62,289 nt of DNA from Myxococcota bacterium (GTDB lineage Bacteria; Myxococcota; JACRCW01): contig JBFMGU010000025.1 of assembly GCA_040752415.1 (NCBI GenBank), positions 1-62,289 of the forward strand, in the 5' to 3' direction. The notes under the pieces were generated by a model, which was not told where the DNA came from, did no database searches, and saw nothing but the letters and a program-made list of their open reading frames with translations. A program made the position numbers and the translations under genes. The first letter of the stretch is position 1; every line of letters starts with the position of its first letter. Positions 1-10,728 of this stretch are shown here, one piece after another.

Positions 1-47
1 GGCCAACGCGATTTGTCGTCGGAAGAGAGGTCACCCGTTGACCGAGT

Positions 48-101
48 GCCCCCCTTCCCCGGCTCGGTGACGACGGAAAATCGGTTCTGGGGAAGGGGGG
101 C
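48..101. repeat. 13-bp perfect inverted repeat (hairpin)
   Basis: GCCCCCCTTCCCC (48-60) pairs with GGGGAAGGGGGGC (89-101). Confidence 0.6.
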
Positions 102-131
102 GAGCGCGCAGAACGGCTTGAACGTGGGGGG

Positions 132-237
132 TTAGGTGTTCGAGGGCATCGGACCGAATTGGCCAACTTGTTCTGACGCAGCCGCTTAGGTGTTCGCCCG
201 CCTCGCCGACAAGCGCAGACTGTTTCTGACGCAGCCC
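132..237. repeat. Two tandem ~53-bp units (TTAGGTGTTCG...TCTGACGCAGCC) related to the ends of the 7121-7527 element; MITE-like remnant
   Basis: CCAACTTGTTCTGACGCAGCC (163-183) and CTTAGGTGTTCGCCCGCC (185-202) recur identically at 7442-7462 and 7475-7492. Confidence 0.75.
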
Positions 238-316
238 AAGTCACCACGGCATTGTCTGGGTGGTGCTCGAGGCCGGCGCGGAGCATGTCTCCCGCGGCAA
301 CTCGACGTGCGGGGAC

Positions 317-490
317 CTAGAACCACGCGTCCAGGATGGGCGTGGCAGCGACGGATTCCTCGTCGTGGAGGTCATCCAGAAGGGCCCCCTCCGCCATGTC
401 GAAGGTGCGGTTCGTCAAGTACATGCCTCCCATGAGCTCGGCGGGTGGCGCGGTCTCCTCGTCCAGGATGATGGTCTGGCCAACGGGCAT
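317..490 (-). CDS. Small acidic hypothetical protein (57 aa, MPVGQTIILDEE...ILDAWF)
   Basis: Strong SD (AGGAGGG) upstream of ATG at 490; GC-rich third codon positions. Confidence 0.55.
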   Translation of the reverse strand: MPVGQTIILDEETAPPAELMGGMYLTNRTFDMAEGALLDDLHDEESVAATPILDAWF

Positions 491-728
491 GGGACATCCC
501 TCCTGTGCTCCGTGAAACGTCCGGACGAGGTGCGGTATTTCCCTGCACGGCTCCCCACCCGACGTCATGCGTCGACGTCGGCCCGCCTCTCCTCCCACCG
601 TTAGATTGCGATGACGCGCCACGTCGCAACCCATGACGACGATCTGAGCGCGGCACTCGCTGATTCCACACACCGCCGTTGGCCACAGCTTTTTCACTCC
701 CGCTGCCATGCGCTATACGCGCCGCCCC

Positions 729-1907
<1,179 letters not shown>

Positions 1908-1965
1908 GCGCCTGCGTCACGACGAGCGTGGATGAACCCGCCGCGTGCGCCCGTTATCCTGTGGC

Positions 1966-2157
1966 ATGATTCGGCGCTACCAGAACGTTCCCCTTCCCCC
2001 GGGTTGCCGCTGGCTCATCCGTCACGGAGACACCACCGTGGGCGGCCCCTTCCTCTACCGTCGCGAGGCCGAGGCATTCCGGCGCGCGTTTGCCATGTCC
2101 CGCCACGTGAGCCGGAACGACGTCTCCGTGGTGATGGACATGATCGGCGGCCCGTGA
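1966..2157 (+). CDS. Small hypothetical protein (63 aa)
   Basis: Fills the gap between two + strand genes; coding-like codon use; no recognisable motif. Confidence 0.4.
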   Translation: MIRRYQNVPLPPGCRWLIRHGDTTVGGPFLYRREAEAFRRAFAMSRHVSRNDVSVVMDMIGGP

Positions 2158-2193
2158 CGTCCTGAGCGTTGCCGCTTCCCGCCGCGCGGGTCC

Positions 2194-3429
2194 ATGCTGC
2201 GCGGCATGGCACGCCCCGGGGTTCTCCTCGTCGTCATGCTCCTCTGCGGTTGTGAGGAGTCGCGACGCACGCTCATCACCGCCTTCAGCCCCAACTACAC
2301 ACCACCCACGCTCGACGCCGGCCCCCGGCCCGCCGCCTTGCCCGCGACGGTGCGGGTCCAGCTCCAGCAGGTGGCGAGCGGCCTGGAGCAACCCACCGAC
2401 CTGCAGTTCGTCCCCGGTCAGCCCCGTCGGCTGGTGGTGCTGGAGAAGACCGGGCGCGCGCGTGTGCTGGAGCTGGGCGACAACGGCGCCACCGGGCTGA
2501 AGGACCTGCTCAAGGTGGAGGTGGCCACGTCCAGTGAGCTGGGTCTGCTGGGGCTGGCGTTCCACCCGCGCTTCGTCGAGAACGGTCGCTTCTTCATCAA
2601 CGACAATCCCGTGGGCGGCGAGCTGCGCACGCGCATCAGCGAGTGGCACATCCCGCCCGACCAGGTTGGCAACAGCGCGGCGCGGCTGGTGCGCGTCATC
2701 CTGCAAGTCCCGCAGCCCTACCAGAACCACGACGCGGGTCAGCTCGTGTTCGGCCCCGACGGGTTCCTCTACATCGGCCTTGGCGACGGAGGCTGGATGG
2801 GCGACCCGAAGGAAGCGGGCCAGGACCTGGGGCAGCTGCTGGGGAAGATGCTGCGCGTGGACGTGGACAAGCAGACGCCGGAGAAGCCCTACGCCGTTCC
2901 GTCGGACAACCCCTTGGTGAACAAGCCGGGCGCACGACCGGAAATCTGGGCCTGGGGCCTGCGCAATCCGTGGCGCTACTCGTTCGACCCGACGGGGCGG
3001 CTCATCGTCGCCGACGTGGGGCAGAACCTGTACGAGGAGATCGACCTCGTGGCGCGCGGCGACAACCTGGGTTGGGATGAACGCGAGGGCATGCACTGCT
3101 TCGAGCCCAAGGAAGGCTGCCAGACGGAAGGGCTGGTGGAGCCCATCCACGAGTACGGTCGCACCGAGGGAGCATCCATCACCGGCGGTTACGTGTACCT
3201 GGGCAAGAGCATCCCGGCGTTGATGGGGAAATACGTCTACGGGGACTTCACGTCGGGACGCGTGTGGGCGCTCACGTTGCCGCCGCCGGGCAGTCGCACC
3301 GGTGCGATCAATGAGCCGCTGGGACGGTTCTCCATGCTCATCTCCACCTTCGGCCGTGACGTCGAGGGAGAGGTGTACCTCGCGGACTTTGGCGGTGGCG
3401 CGGTGCACAAACTGGTGCCCGCGCCCTGA
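2194..3429 (+). CDS. PQQ-dependent sugar dehydrogenase (GSDH beta-propeller) family, probable lipoprotein
   Basis: ELGLLGLAFHPRF, NHDAGQLVFGPDGFLYIGLGDGG, EIWAWGLRNPWRYSFD; signal peptide with LLCGC. Confidence 0.9.
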   Translation: MLRGMARPGVLLVVMLLCGCEESRRTLITAFSPNYTPPTLDAGPRPAALPATVRVQLQQVASGLEQPTDLQFVPGQPRRLVVLEKTGRARVLELGDNGATGLKDLLKVEVATSSELGLLGLAFHPRFVENGRFFINDNPVGGELRTRISEWHIPPDQVGNSAARLVRVILQVPQPYQNHDAGQLVFGPDGFLYIGLGDGGWMGDPKEAGQDLGQLLGKMLRVDVDKQTPEKPYAVPSDNPLVNKPGARPEIWAWGLRNPWRYSFDPTGRLIVADVGQNLYEEIDLVARGDNLGWDEREGMHCFEPKEGCQTEGLVEPIHEYGRTEGASITGGYVYLGKSIPALMGKYVYGDFTSGRVWALTLPPPGSRTGAINEPLGRFSMLISTFGRDVEGEVYLADFGGGAVHKLVPAP

Positions 3430-3448
3430 GGAGAAGGATGCAGCGTCG

Positions 3449-5095
3449 TTAGCGAATGACGCCGACCATGGAGAGGATGGGTTTCAGCACGCCACCCAGC
3501 CCCTCCGCGACGATGCAGGCCACCGCCACGGTGTTCAGCGTCAGCTCACGCACCTTGAACGCGCGGTGCAGCGTCCACAGCAGCACGCCGCCCAGGAAGA
3601 AGGACAGGTCGTACGCCACCGGCAACACCATGCCGATGCCAATGCCCACCGACGACGGCAGCCACCGCTCGATCCTGGGATTGGCCTCGGCGAGCACGTA
3701 GAGGACGCCCACCGCCGCACCCACCATCATGGCCTCCGCGGCGTGGGGCGGCATGGCGCGTTGTCCGTCGAAGATCAGCGCGGTGGCAGCCCAGATCTTG
3801 GCCACGGGAGCGGGCATCTCGCCGGACTCCAGCGAGAGCTTGGTGCGTCCCTGGATCCACTGGAAGACCAGCGCGCTGACATACGCACACGGCAGCACGG
3901 TGATGCTCTGCGTCCAGAACTGCCAGCGCGCCGGGACCTTGAACCAGCGGCCGTAGGCCATGTCGCCGGTGAGATTCCCGGCCTGCGCGCCGCTGCCCGC
4001 CACGAAGCCCGCACCGGTCAGGTTGACGTCGGCACCGCGGCCCCCGGCCAGCGCGCACGCCCCCTGCAGCAGCACTCCCATCACGCGCGCGGGATTGAAC
4101 GCCGTCTGCGCCGCGGCGCGGGTGGCAATGATGTTCTGGATCAGCCCACCCAGCACCACCAGGATGACCACCAGCAACAGGTTCAACCCCATTCCCAGCC
4201 ACAGGAACAGGATCGTGGAGCCCAGCGCCACCGCGGCAAAGAGGGCGAGGCCGCGCCCGCGCAGGATGCTGTCGTCGTCGCTCGAGACGCGGATGTCCGT
4301 CAGCGAACGCATGGCGGCCACAATCACCTTCCAGTTCACCAGCATGGCGGTGAGGCCGGTTGCCACCAGGAAGCCAATCCCCGGCCACACGTAGCGGTGC
4401 GGGGCATCCGGCTCCGGCAAGTGCGGCGCCATCACCATCAACACCACCGCACCGACCAGAAAGCCCACACACGTCCGCATTCCCATCAGGTACGCGCTGC
4501 CAATCGCAAACGGCGACCACGCAATGGCCCCACCCCAGGCCGCAATCACCGGGAGACTCGTCCCGTCGGGAAACCAGCCGAAGCCGCCGTCGGTGTTGCC
4601 CACCACGTAGGCCATGGTGGTGAGCCCCACGACGAGCAACACCACCACCTGTCGTGGATCTCCCTTCTCCACCAGCGCGCTGATCACGCCCGCGGTGGCC
4701 TTGGAGGAGGGCCATGGCAGGTTCTCCCGCAACACCAGCAGCTCGCGCAGCGGAATGACGAACAGCAGGCCCACCACGCTGGTGATGGTGGCGAAGAGCG
4801 TCATGTCCACCACGGAGTACGGCTGACCCGTCATGGCCTTGGCGGCGTAGAAGTTGCTGATGAAACCCAGGGAGCCGCCAGCGCTTCCCATCGTCGCCAC
4901 GATCACCATTTCATGGGTGGTGATGGGCGTGCGCGAGAGGAAGAAGAAGGCGAAGAAGAACAGCGCGGCAATGGTGGGCCCCTCCTCGATCACGCCGAAG
5001 GAGAGCGTGAGATAGGAGTTGATGGCGCACAGCAGCAGGGAGAGCAGGAAACCCGCAATGACGCTTCGCAGCGACGGAGCAGAGGCAGTGGTCAC
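3449..5095 (-). CDS. OPT/YSL family oligopeptide transporter
   Basis: Multi-TM protein with NSYLTLSFG, LPWPSSKATA, MPAPVAKIW, SVGIGIGMVLP motifs. Confidence 0.85.
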   Translation of the reverse strand: MTTASAPSLRSVIAGFLLSLLLCAINSYLTLSFGVIEEGPTIAALFFFAFFFLSRTPITTHEMVIVATMGSAGGSLGFISNFYAAKAMTGQPYSVVDMTLFATITSVVGLLFVIPLRELLVLRENLPWPSSKATAGVISALVEKGDPRQVVVLLVVGLTTMAYVVGNTDGGFGWFPDGTSLPVIAAWGGAIAWSPFAIGSAYLMGMRTCVGFLVGAVVLMVMAPHLPEPDAPHRYVWPGIGFLVATGLTAMLVNWKVIVAAMRSLTDIRVSSDDDSILRGRGLALFAAVALGSTILFLWLGMGLNLLLVVILVVLGGLIQNIIATRAAAQTAFNPARVMGVLLQGACALAGGRGADVNLTGAGFVAGSGAQAGNLTGDMAYGRWFKVPARWQFWTQSITVLPCAYVSALVFQWIQGRTKLSLESGEMPAPVAKIWAATALIFDGQRAMPPHAAEAMMVGAAVGVLYVLAEANPRIERWLPSSVGIGIGMVLPVAYDLSFFLGGVLLWTLHRAFKVRELTLNTVAVACIVAEGLGGVLKPILSMVGVIR

Positions 5096-5485
5096 GGTGC
5101 CGCAGCCTCCTCCACGAAGTCCCCTGTCGCAAGCGCGTCACATGTCGGGTGGGTCACCGCGCGGCGGGTCGCTGGTGGGACTGCCCTGCCCGTCCCGCTG
5201 CCCGACCGGCCGGAGGCGCTCCATCCCGCGGGCTCCCGACGTCACTTCGTGCCGCTCCCATGTCCCTCATGGCGGGGTTGAGCACGTGGGCGGAGAACAC
5301 CGGCTTGCACGTGGGAGCGCGTCCTCCGCGTCGTGGACACCAGGCACCAACCCCGGGTGTGTCACCTGCTGCTGCGCAGGAAGTGAAGCCGGCCGTTCAC
5401 ACTGCGCTGCAGTCCATGTCCTCGCTGCGCGGAAGCCCCGGGCGTGCGGTAGCGTCCTGCTCCGGCGTGGTGAAGGAGCCAGGTG

Positions 5486-6994
5486 ATGAGCGGGACGTTG
5501 CTGCTGTTGACGTTGCTGGCACAGACCGGTGCGGAGCCGCCGCCTGCCCCACCGACGATCCGTCGACTGGCGGTGTTGGAGTTCAGGAGCCAGGGGCTGG
5601 ATGGCGTCGAGCTGGAGCGTTTGAGCGAGAGCACGCGTGGCGCGTTCATCCAGAGCACCGGCGGAACGCCGTTCGTGGTGGTGGGCAAGGATGACGTGGA
5701 GGCGCGTCGTGCGCAGATGAGCGGGTGCGGCCCCGGTGATTGCGACCTGCAGATTGCCAAGCGCACCGACGCGGTGGCGTTTGTGGGCGGAGAATTGGTG
5801 AAGCTGGATGGCAAGTACTTCCTCAACGCGCGGCTCTATGAATCCAACGAGGGCACACTGCTCATCTCCCACCAGGTCACCGCGGCCAGCGTGGAGGAGA
5901 TGGAGAGCGGGACGCGGGAGGCAGCGAAGATCCTGACGTGGGAGCTGGTGCAGCTCGACGAGCTGGCCACCCTGGCCATGCAGCCGGACCCGCTTCCCGC
6001 GCAGCCGGAGAAGGCCAAGGTCAAGCGCACCGTCACGGTTCACGAGCCGGGACCGGAGAAGGAGATGGCTCCGCCCTCGTGGAAGGCCGTGGCGGCGGTG
6101 GCCGCGGTGACCGTGCCGGTGGTGCTGGCGGCGTACGTGTTGATGCCGCTGATCGTCGTTCCGGGCGTGAACCTCGTCGTGGCGGTGGTGTGGTTGGCGC
6201 ATCCTTTCGCGGCCGCGGCGTTGGGGTGGCTGGTGGCCAACAAGGTCATGGAGCGTCGCGTGCCGCTCATGCCCACGGTGCTGGCCGGTGGATTGAGCGA
6301 GCTGGCGGCGTGCTTCATCTGCGCCGGACCGGTGGTGCTGGTTGCCGACCCGCTGCGACTGCTCGCGGCCGTTCCGTTCATCGTCGTCATGTCCGCGGTG
6401 AATTCCACGGTGGTGTCCGTGATGGTCCACCGCGTGGGCCGGTTCCTGACGCCGGAGGAGCCCAGGTTCAACCTGGATTACTTCAACGTTCCTCCGTCGG
6501 TGAAACGGGTGACCAGGGAGATCGACGACGAGACCGAGGCTGCGGCGGACGTGGTGGTGGCGCGCCCTCCGCCCAAGCCGTATCGCCTGGTTTCGCGCCT
6601 GGAGCGCAAGCCTCCCGTTGAGGAGCCGCGCACGCCCCACCCCGCGGAGAATGTCATTCCGCCGGAGGACGGCCCTCTCCCCGACGAGAAGGCGTCCGGA
6701 GATCTGGCGGGAGAAGCGATCGTGAAGGCGGCGCGCGCGGGGATGCCCGCCATGAACGCCTGTTACGAGAACGCGCTGAAGCGTAATTCCAAGCTGCGCG
6801 GGCGCATGGTGGTGGGCTTCGTCATCGACGAGGAAGGCCACGTGCAGGACGCACACCTGGAGAGCGACGAGCTGGGCGACGCCGATCTTGGCAAGTGCGT
6901 GCTGACGCGCTTCAAGCGCCTGGAGTTCCCCAAGCCTGAGGGTGGTGCTGTGGAGGCCAGCTTCCCGGTGGTGTTCGTGCCGCAGGGAGAGTGA
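5486..6994 (+). CDS. Membrane protein with secreted N-terminal domain, several TM helices and a C-terminal AgmX/PglI (TonB-C-like) domain
   Basis: C-terminus ACYENALKRNSKLRGRMVVGFVIDEEGHV...GKCV...FPKPEGGAVEASFPVVF; signal peptide; hydrophobic middle region. Confidence 0.75.
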   Translation: MSGTLLLLTLLAQTGAEPPPAPPTIRRLAVLEFRSQGLDGVELERLSESTRGAFIQSTGGTPFVVVGKDDVEARRAQMSGCGPGDCDLQIAKRTDAVAFVGGELVKLDGKYFLNARLYESNEGTLLISHQVTAASVEEMESGTREAAKILTWELVQLDELATLAMQPDPLPAQPEKAKVKRTVTVHEPGPEKEMAPPSWKAVAAVAAVTVPVVLAAYVLMPLIVVPGVNLVVAVVWLAHPFAAAALGWLVANKVMERRVPLMPTVLAGGLSELAACFICAGPVVLVADPLRLLAAVPFIVVMSAVNSTVVSVMVHRVGRFLTPEEPRFNLDYFNVPPSVKRVTREIDDETEAAADVVVARPPPKPYRLVSRLERKPPVEEPRTPHPAENVIPPEDGPLPDEKASGDLAGEAIVKAARAGMPAMNACYENALKRNSKLRGRMVVGFVIDEEGHVQDAHLESDELGDADLGKCVLTRFKRLEFPKPEGGAVEASFPVVFVPQGE

Positions 6995-7120
6995 CCTCAC
7001 GTCAACGCACACGTCCGTGGGTTATCCCCGTCGTCGGAATGAAGGCGGCAATTCTGACCGGACTCCCATGGTGCGGCGTCACGGAGGCGTGTGACTCAAC
7101 GCGCCGCACGTGCGCGCCTG

Positions 7121-7527
7121 GGGGCCGCGTCTAAACACATTAGCCATTCCGTCGTGGCCGGCGAACACCTAAGGGGCTGAGTCAAGATAAGTTGCTCATC
7201 TGGGCCTGATCGCCTCCAGTGGACCACGACCTGGAGTGCGGCGGGCCCTCGCCGCCCTGGTCAGTGTCGAGCGGTTCGGACAACCGTCAAGGCGCCACGC
7301 GCCACGAGGCAACGCCTCGCCCGACATCATGGAGTCCCGGGGCTGTTCGGCCCGCTGTGAACGCGCTCGGCGCTGGCCAGGGCGGCGAGGGCCCGCCGCA
7401 CTCCAGGTCGTGGTCCGCTGGAGGCGGTCAGGATCACGTGTCCAACTTGTTCTGACGCAGCCCCTTTAGTTTAGCTTAGGTGTTCGCCCGCCACGGCGGA
7501 ATGGGCAATGTGTTCAGACGCAACCCC
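7121..7527. mobile_element. Nested palindromic MITE/REPIN-like element (~407 bp)
   Basis: Outer arms 7121-7173 and 7475-7527; inner ends GGGGCTGAGTCAAGATAAGTTG / CAACTTGTTCTGACGCAGCCCC; perfect 40-bp inverted repeat 7221-7260 vs 7377-7416 containing a GGAG-led REP-like hairpin; lies between convergent genes and abuts the pntB TAA stop. Confidence 0.75.
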
Positions 7528-8976
7528 TTACGCGGAGACAGCCTCCCGCTTGGGCGTGTGCGCATCCTTCTCCGCGCCCTTCCCGCCCTGCAGACGCGCC
7601 ACCACGGCTTCCATGGTCTGGCGCGCGTCGCCGAGGAGCATGCGCGCGGTGGGGTGATAGAACAGCGGATTGTCCACGCCCGCGTAGCCCGCGCCGCGGC
7701 TGCGCTTGAGGATGATGACGCGCTTGGACTTCCACACCGTGAGCACCGGCATGCCGTAGATGGGGCTGCTGGGGTCGGTCTCCGCGCTGGGATTGACGAT
7801 GTCATTGGCGCCGATGATCAGCACCACGTCCGTCTCCGGGAAGTCCTCGTTGATCTCATCCATCTCCAGCACGATGTCGTAGGGCACGCGCGCTTCCGCC
7901 AGCAGCACGTTCATGTGCCCTGGCAGACGTCCCGCCACGGGATGGATGGCAAACCGCACCTTGATGTTCCGCGCACGGAGCATCTCCGTCATCTGGTGCA
8001 CCGCGTGTTGCGCACGCGCCACCGCCATCCCGTACCCCGGCACCACCACCACCTGCTTGGCGCTCAGCAGCTCCTCCGCCGTGCCCCCCACGTCGATCTC
8101 CAGCACCTCCCCACCCGCCACCGGCGCCGCCGCCGGCTTGGCCGCCGTGGTCTCCGAGCCAAAGCCCGCGAAGATCACGTTCCAGATGGAGCGGTTCATG
8201 GCCTGGCACATGATGAAGCTGAGGATGGCGCCGCTGGAGCCCACCAGGGCACCCGTGATGATGAGCAGGTCATTGGAGAGCATGAAGCCCGCCGCCGCCG
8301 CGGTCCAACCGGAGTAGCTGTTGAGCAGGCTCACCACCACGGGCATGTCCGCGCCGCCAATGGCCATCACCAGGTGCGCGCCCAGCAAGCACGCCACACC
8401 CGTGGTGGCCAGCAGCCACGTCAGTCCGGTGGTGCCCGGCGCGTCGACGAACATCACGCCAAAGACCACGCACGCCACCACCATGGCCACGTTGACGAGG
8501 TGGCGCCCGGGGATGATGAGCGGCTTGCTGGACAAGGTCCCGCGCAGCTTGCCAAACGCCACCACCGAGCCGGTGAACGTCACCGCGCCAATCAGCACGT
8601 CAATGAACAGCTCCACGAGGAGGATGGTCCGGCTTCCGCCGTGGGAGTCCTCCCCCAGGTAGCTGGCAAAACCCACCAGCACGGCGGCGGCGCCCACAAA
8701 GCTGTGCAGCAGCGCCACCAGCTCCGGCATGGCGGTCATCTGCACGCGGGAAGCCATCGCCGCACCGACGAGCGCGCCGCCCATCAGGGCCGCCAGGATG
8801 TTGGCGTAGGCGCTGACGCCGGTGGAGAGCATGGTGGCCAACACCGCCACCACCATCCCGGCCATGCCGTAGATGTTGCCGCCACGCGCCGTCTCCTGGG
8901 AGCTCAACCCGCGGAGGCTGAGGATGAAGAGGATGCTCGCGGCAATGTACGCAACGGAAAGGAGGACCTGTTCCAC
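7528..8976 (-). CDS. pntB: NAD(P) transhydrogenase subunit beta
   Basis: [79 protein letters not shown] start at 8976 with GGAGG SD. Confidence 0.97.
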   Translation of the reverse strand: MEQVLLSVAYIAASILFILSLRGLSSQETARGGNIYGMAGMVVAVLATMLSTGVSAYANILAALMGGALVGAAMASRVQMTAMPELVALLHSFVGAAAVLVGFASYLGEDSHGGSRTILLVELFIDVLIGAVTFTGSVVAFGKLRGTLSSKPLIIPGRHLVNVAMVVACVVFGVMFVDAPGTTGLTWLLATTGVACLLGAHLVMAIGGADMPVVVSLLNSYSGWTAAAAGFMLSNDLLIITGALVGSSGAILSFIMCQAMNRSIWNVIFAGFGSETTAAKPAAAPVAGGEVLEIDVGGTAEELLSAKQVVVVPGYGMAVARAQHAVHQMTEMLRARNIKVRFAIHPVAGRLPGHMNVLLAEARVPYDIVLEMDEINEDFPETDVVLIIGANDIVNPSAETDPSSPIYGMPVLTVWKSKRVIILKRSRGAGYAGVDNPLFYHPTARMLLGDARQTMEAVVARLQGGKGAEKDAHTPKREAVSA

Positions 8977-8987
8977 GTTTCTGCCTC

Positions 8988-10562
8988 CTACTTGCGGAAC
9001 ATCCTCAACATGCGCTCGGTGACCCAGAAGCCACCGGCGATGTTGACGGTTGCAAGGAAGATGGCCGCCGTACCGACGAGCGCCGGGGTGGACAACGCCC
9101 CGCCGTGCGCCTGCAGCATGCCGCCGATGATGATGATTCCGCTGATGGCATTGGTGACGCTCATCAGCGGCGTGTGAAGCGCGGGCGTGACGTTCCAGAT
9201 GACCTGCCAGCCCACGAAGCACGCCAGCATGAACACGGTCACGTGCTGCACCAGGCCCAATGTCTCGGCGCTGGCTTCACCCTTGACGGTGTTCATCAGG
9301 TACATCCACAGCGAGATGGCCGCGAGACCAATGGCCTCGTAGACCCAGCTGCGACGCGCGGGTGAGCGGGTGGGAGAGACCGGCGCGTGCGGTTGCGCGG
9401 CCGGCGGCGGCACCGTGACCGGCTTGGGCTGCGGCGGCGGGGCCTGACGCGGCGGCGGTGGCCAGGTGACCTTGCCCTGGTGCGTGACCAGCGCGCCGCG
9501 GATGACCTCGTCCTCCATGTTGACGGTGAAGGCCTTGCCCCCGCCCATCATGTTGATGAGGTTGACCAGGTTGGTGCCGTACATCTGGCTCGCCGTCGTT
9601 GCCAGGCGGCTGGCCATGTCCGTGTAGCCCAGCACGCGCACGCGGTGGTGCTCCACGCGCTCGCCGGGGCGGGTCACCTCGCAGTTGCCGCCCTGCTCCG
9701 CCGCCAGGTCCACCACCACGGAGCCCGGCCTCATGGACTCCACCATCTCGCGCGTGATGAGTCGCGGCGCGGGCTTCCCGGGGATGAGCGCGGTGGTGAT
9801 GATGATGTCCACTTCCTTGCACTGCTGCGCGAACAGCGCCATCTCCGCCTCAAGGAACGCGGCGCTCATCTCCTTGGCGTACCCGCCCGCGCCCTCGCCC
9901 GACTCGTCGATCTCGACGGTGAGGAACTCCGCGCCCAGGCTCTGCACCTGCTCCTTGACGGCGGGCCGCGTGTCGAACGCGCGGACGACGGCGCCCAGTC
10001 CCCGCGCCGCGCCAATGGCCGCCAGTCCGGCCACGCCCGCGCCAATGATGAGCACCTTGGCCGCCGGCACCTTGCCCGCCGCGGTCATCTGGGGCGTGAA
10101 GAAGCTGCCAAACTCCGTGGCCGCCTCCACCACGGCGCGGTAGCCGGCAATCACCGCCATGGACGAGAGCGCGTCCACCGACTGCGCGCGGGTGATGCGC
10201 GGCACGCAATCCATGGCCAGCGCGCTGACGCCCTTCTCCGCCAGCTTGTCCACCAGCGCCTTGCTCTGCGCCGGCCAGAGGAAGCTGATGACGTGCGCGC
10301 CAGAGCGCAGGCGGTCCGCCTCTTCCAGCGTGGGCGGCCGCACCTTGAGCACCAGGTCCGACGAGCCGAACAGCTCCGCGGCATCCGTCATGATGCTGGC
10401 ACCAACGGAGACGTAGGCCTCATCCGGGAAGCTGGCGCCGTTGCCCGCGCCGGACTGCACCATCACGCTGAAGCCCTGGTCCACCAGCTTGCGCACGGTG
10501 TCCGGCGTGGCGGCGACACGTCGCTCCCCGGGATGGACCTCCAGCGGAACCCCAATCTTCAT
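8988..10562 (-). CDS. pntA: NAD(P) transhydrogenase subunit alpha
   Basis: [64 protein letters not shown]. Confidence 0.97.
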   Translation of the reverse strand: MKIGVPLEVHPGERRVAATPDTVRKLVDQGFSVMVQSGAGNGASFPDEAYVSVGASIMTDAAELFGSSDLVLKVRPPTLEEADRLRSGAHVISFLWPAQSKALVDKLAEKGVSALAMDCVPRITRAQSVDALSSMAVIAGYRAVVEAATEFGSFFTPQMTAAGKVPAAKVLIIGAGVAGLAAIGAARGLGAVVRAFDTRPAVKEQVQSLGAEFLTVEIDESGEGAGGYAKEMSAAFLEAEMALFAQQCKEVDIIITTALIPGKPAPRLITREMVESMRPGSVVVDLAAEQGGNCEVTRPGERVEHHRVRVLGYTDMASRLATTASQMYGTNLVNLINMMGGGKAFTVNMEDEVIRGALVTHQGKVTWPPPPRQAPPPQPKPVTVPPPAAQPHAPVSPTRSPARRSWVYEAIGLAAISLWMYLMNTVKGEASAETLGLVQHVTVFMLACFVGWQVIWNVTPALHTPLMSVTNAISGIIIIGGMLQAHGGALSTPALVGTAAIFLATVNIAGGFWVTERMLRMFRK

Positions 10563-10680
10563 GGTCGTGCCTTCTCGTGGAGGGAGGCTGCTCCTTAACA
10601 TCAACCGCCTCGTGCTTGCCAAGTGCCCCACGCCGTGACGGCGGGCTTGGGCACGTCATGACGTGGGCGTGGCCGCAACG

Positions 10681-10696
10681 TGGCGCACCTCTTGCG
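10681..10696 (+). promoter_or_regulatory. Possible sigma54 -24/-12 promoter
   Basis: TGGCGC-ACCTC-TTGCG (GG-N10-GC) about 32 bp upstream of the amidohydrolase ATG. Confidence 0.4.
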
Positions 10697-10728
10697 CACG
10701 CGCATAGTGTCACCGCCAGGAGGAAAGG

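Noticed and set aside
132..237. Mini CRISPR array
   Set aside because: Only two degenerate units, the middles are partly similar to other copies, and there are no cas genes
1..240. Integron attC-like sites (GTTAGGT at 131-137)
   Set aside because: No matching RYYYAAC inverse core with proper L/R boxes, no cassette array and no IntI; better explained by the repeat family shared with 7121-7527
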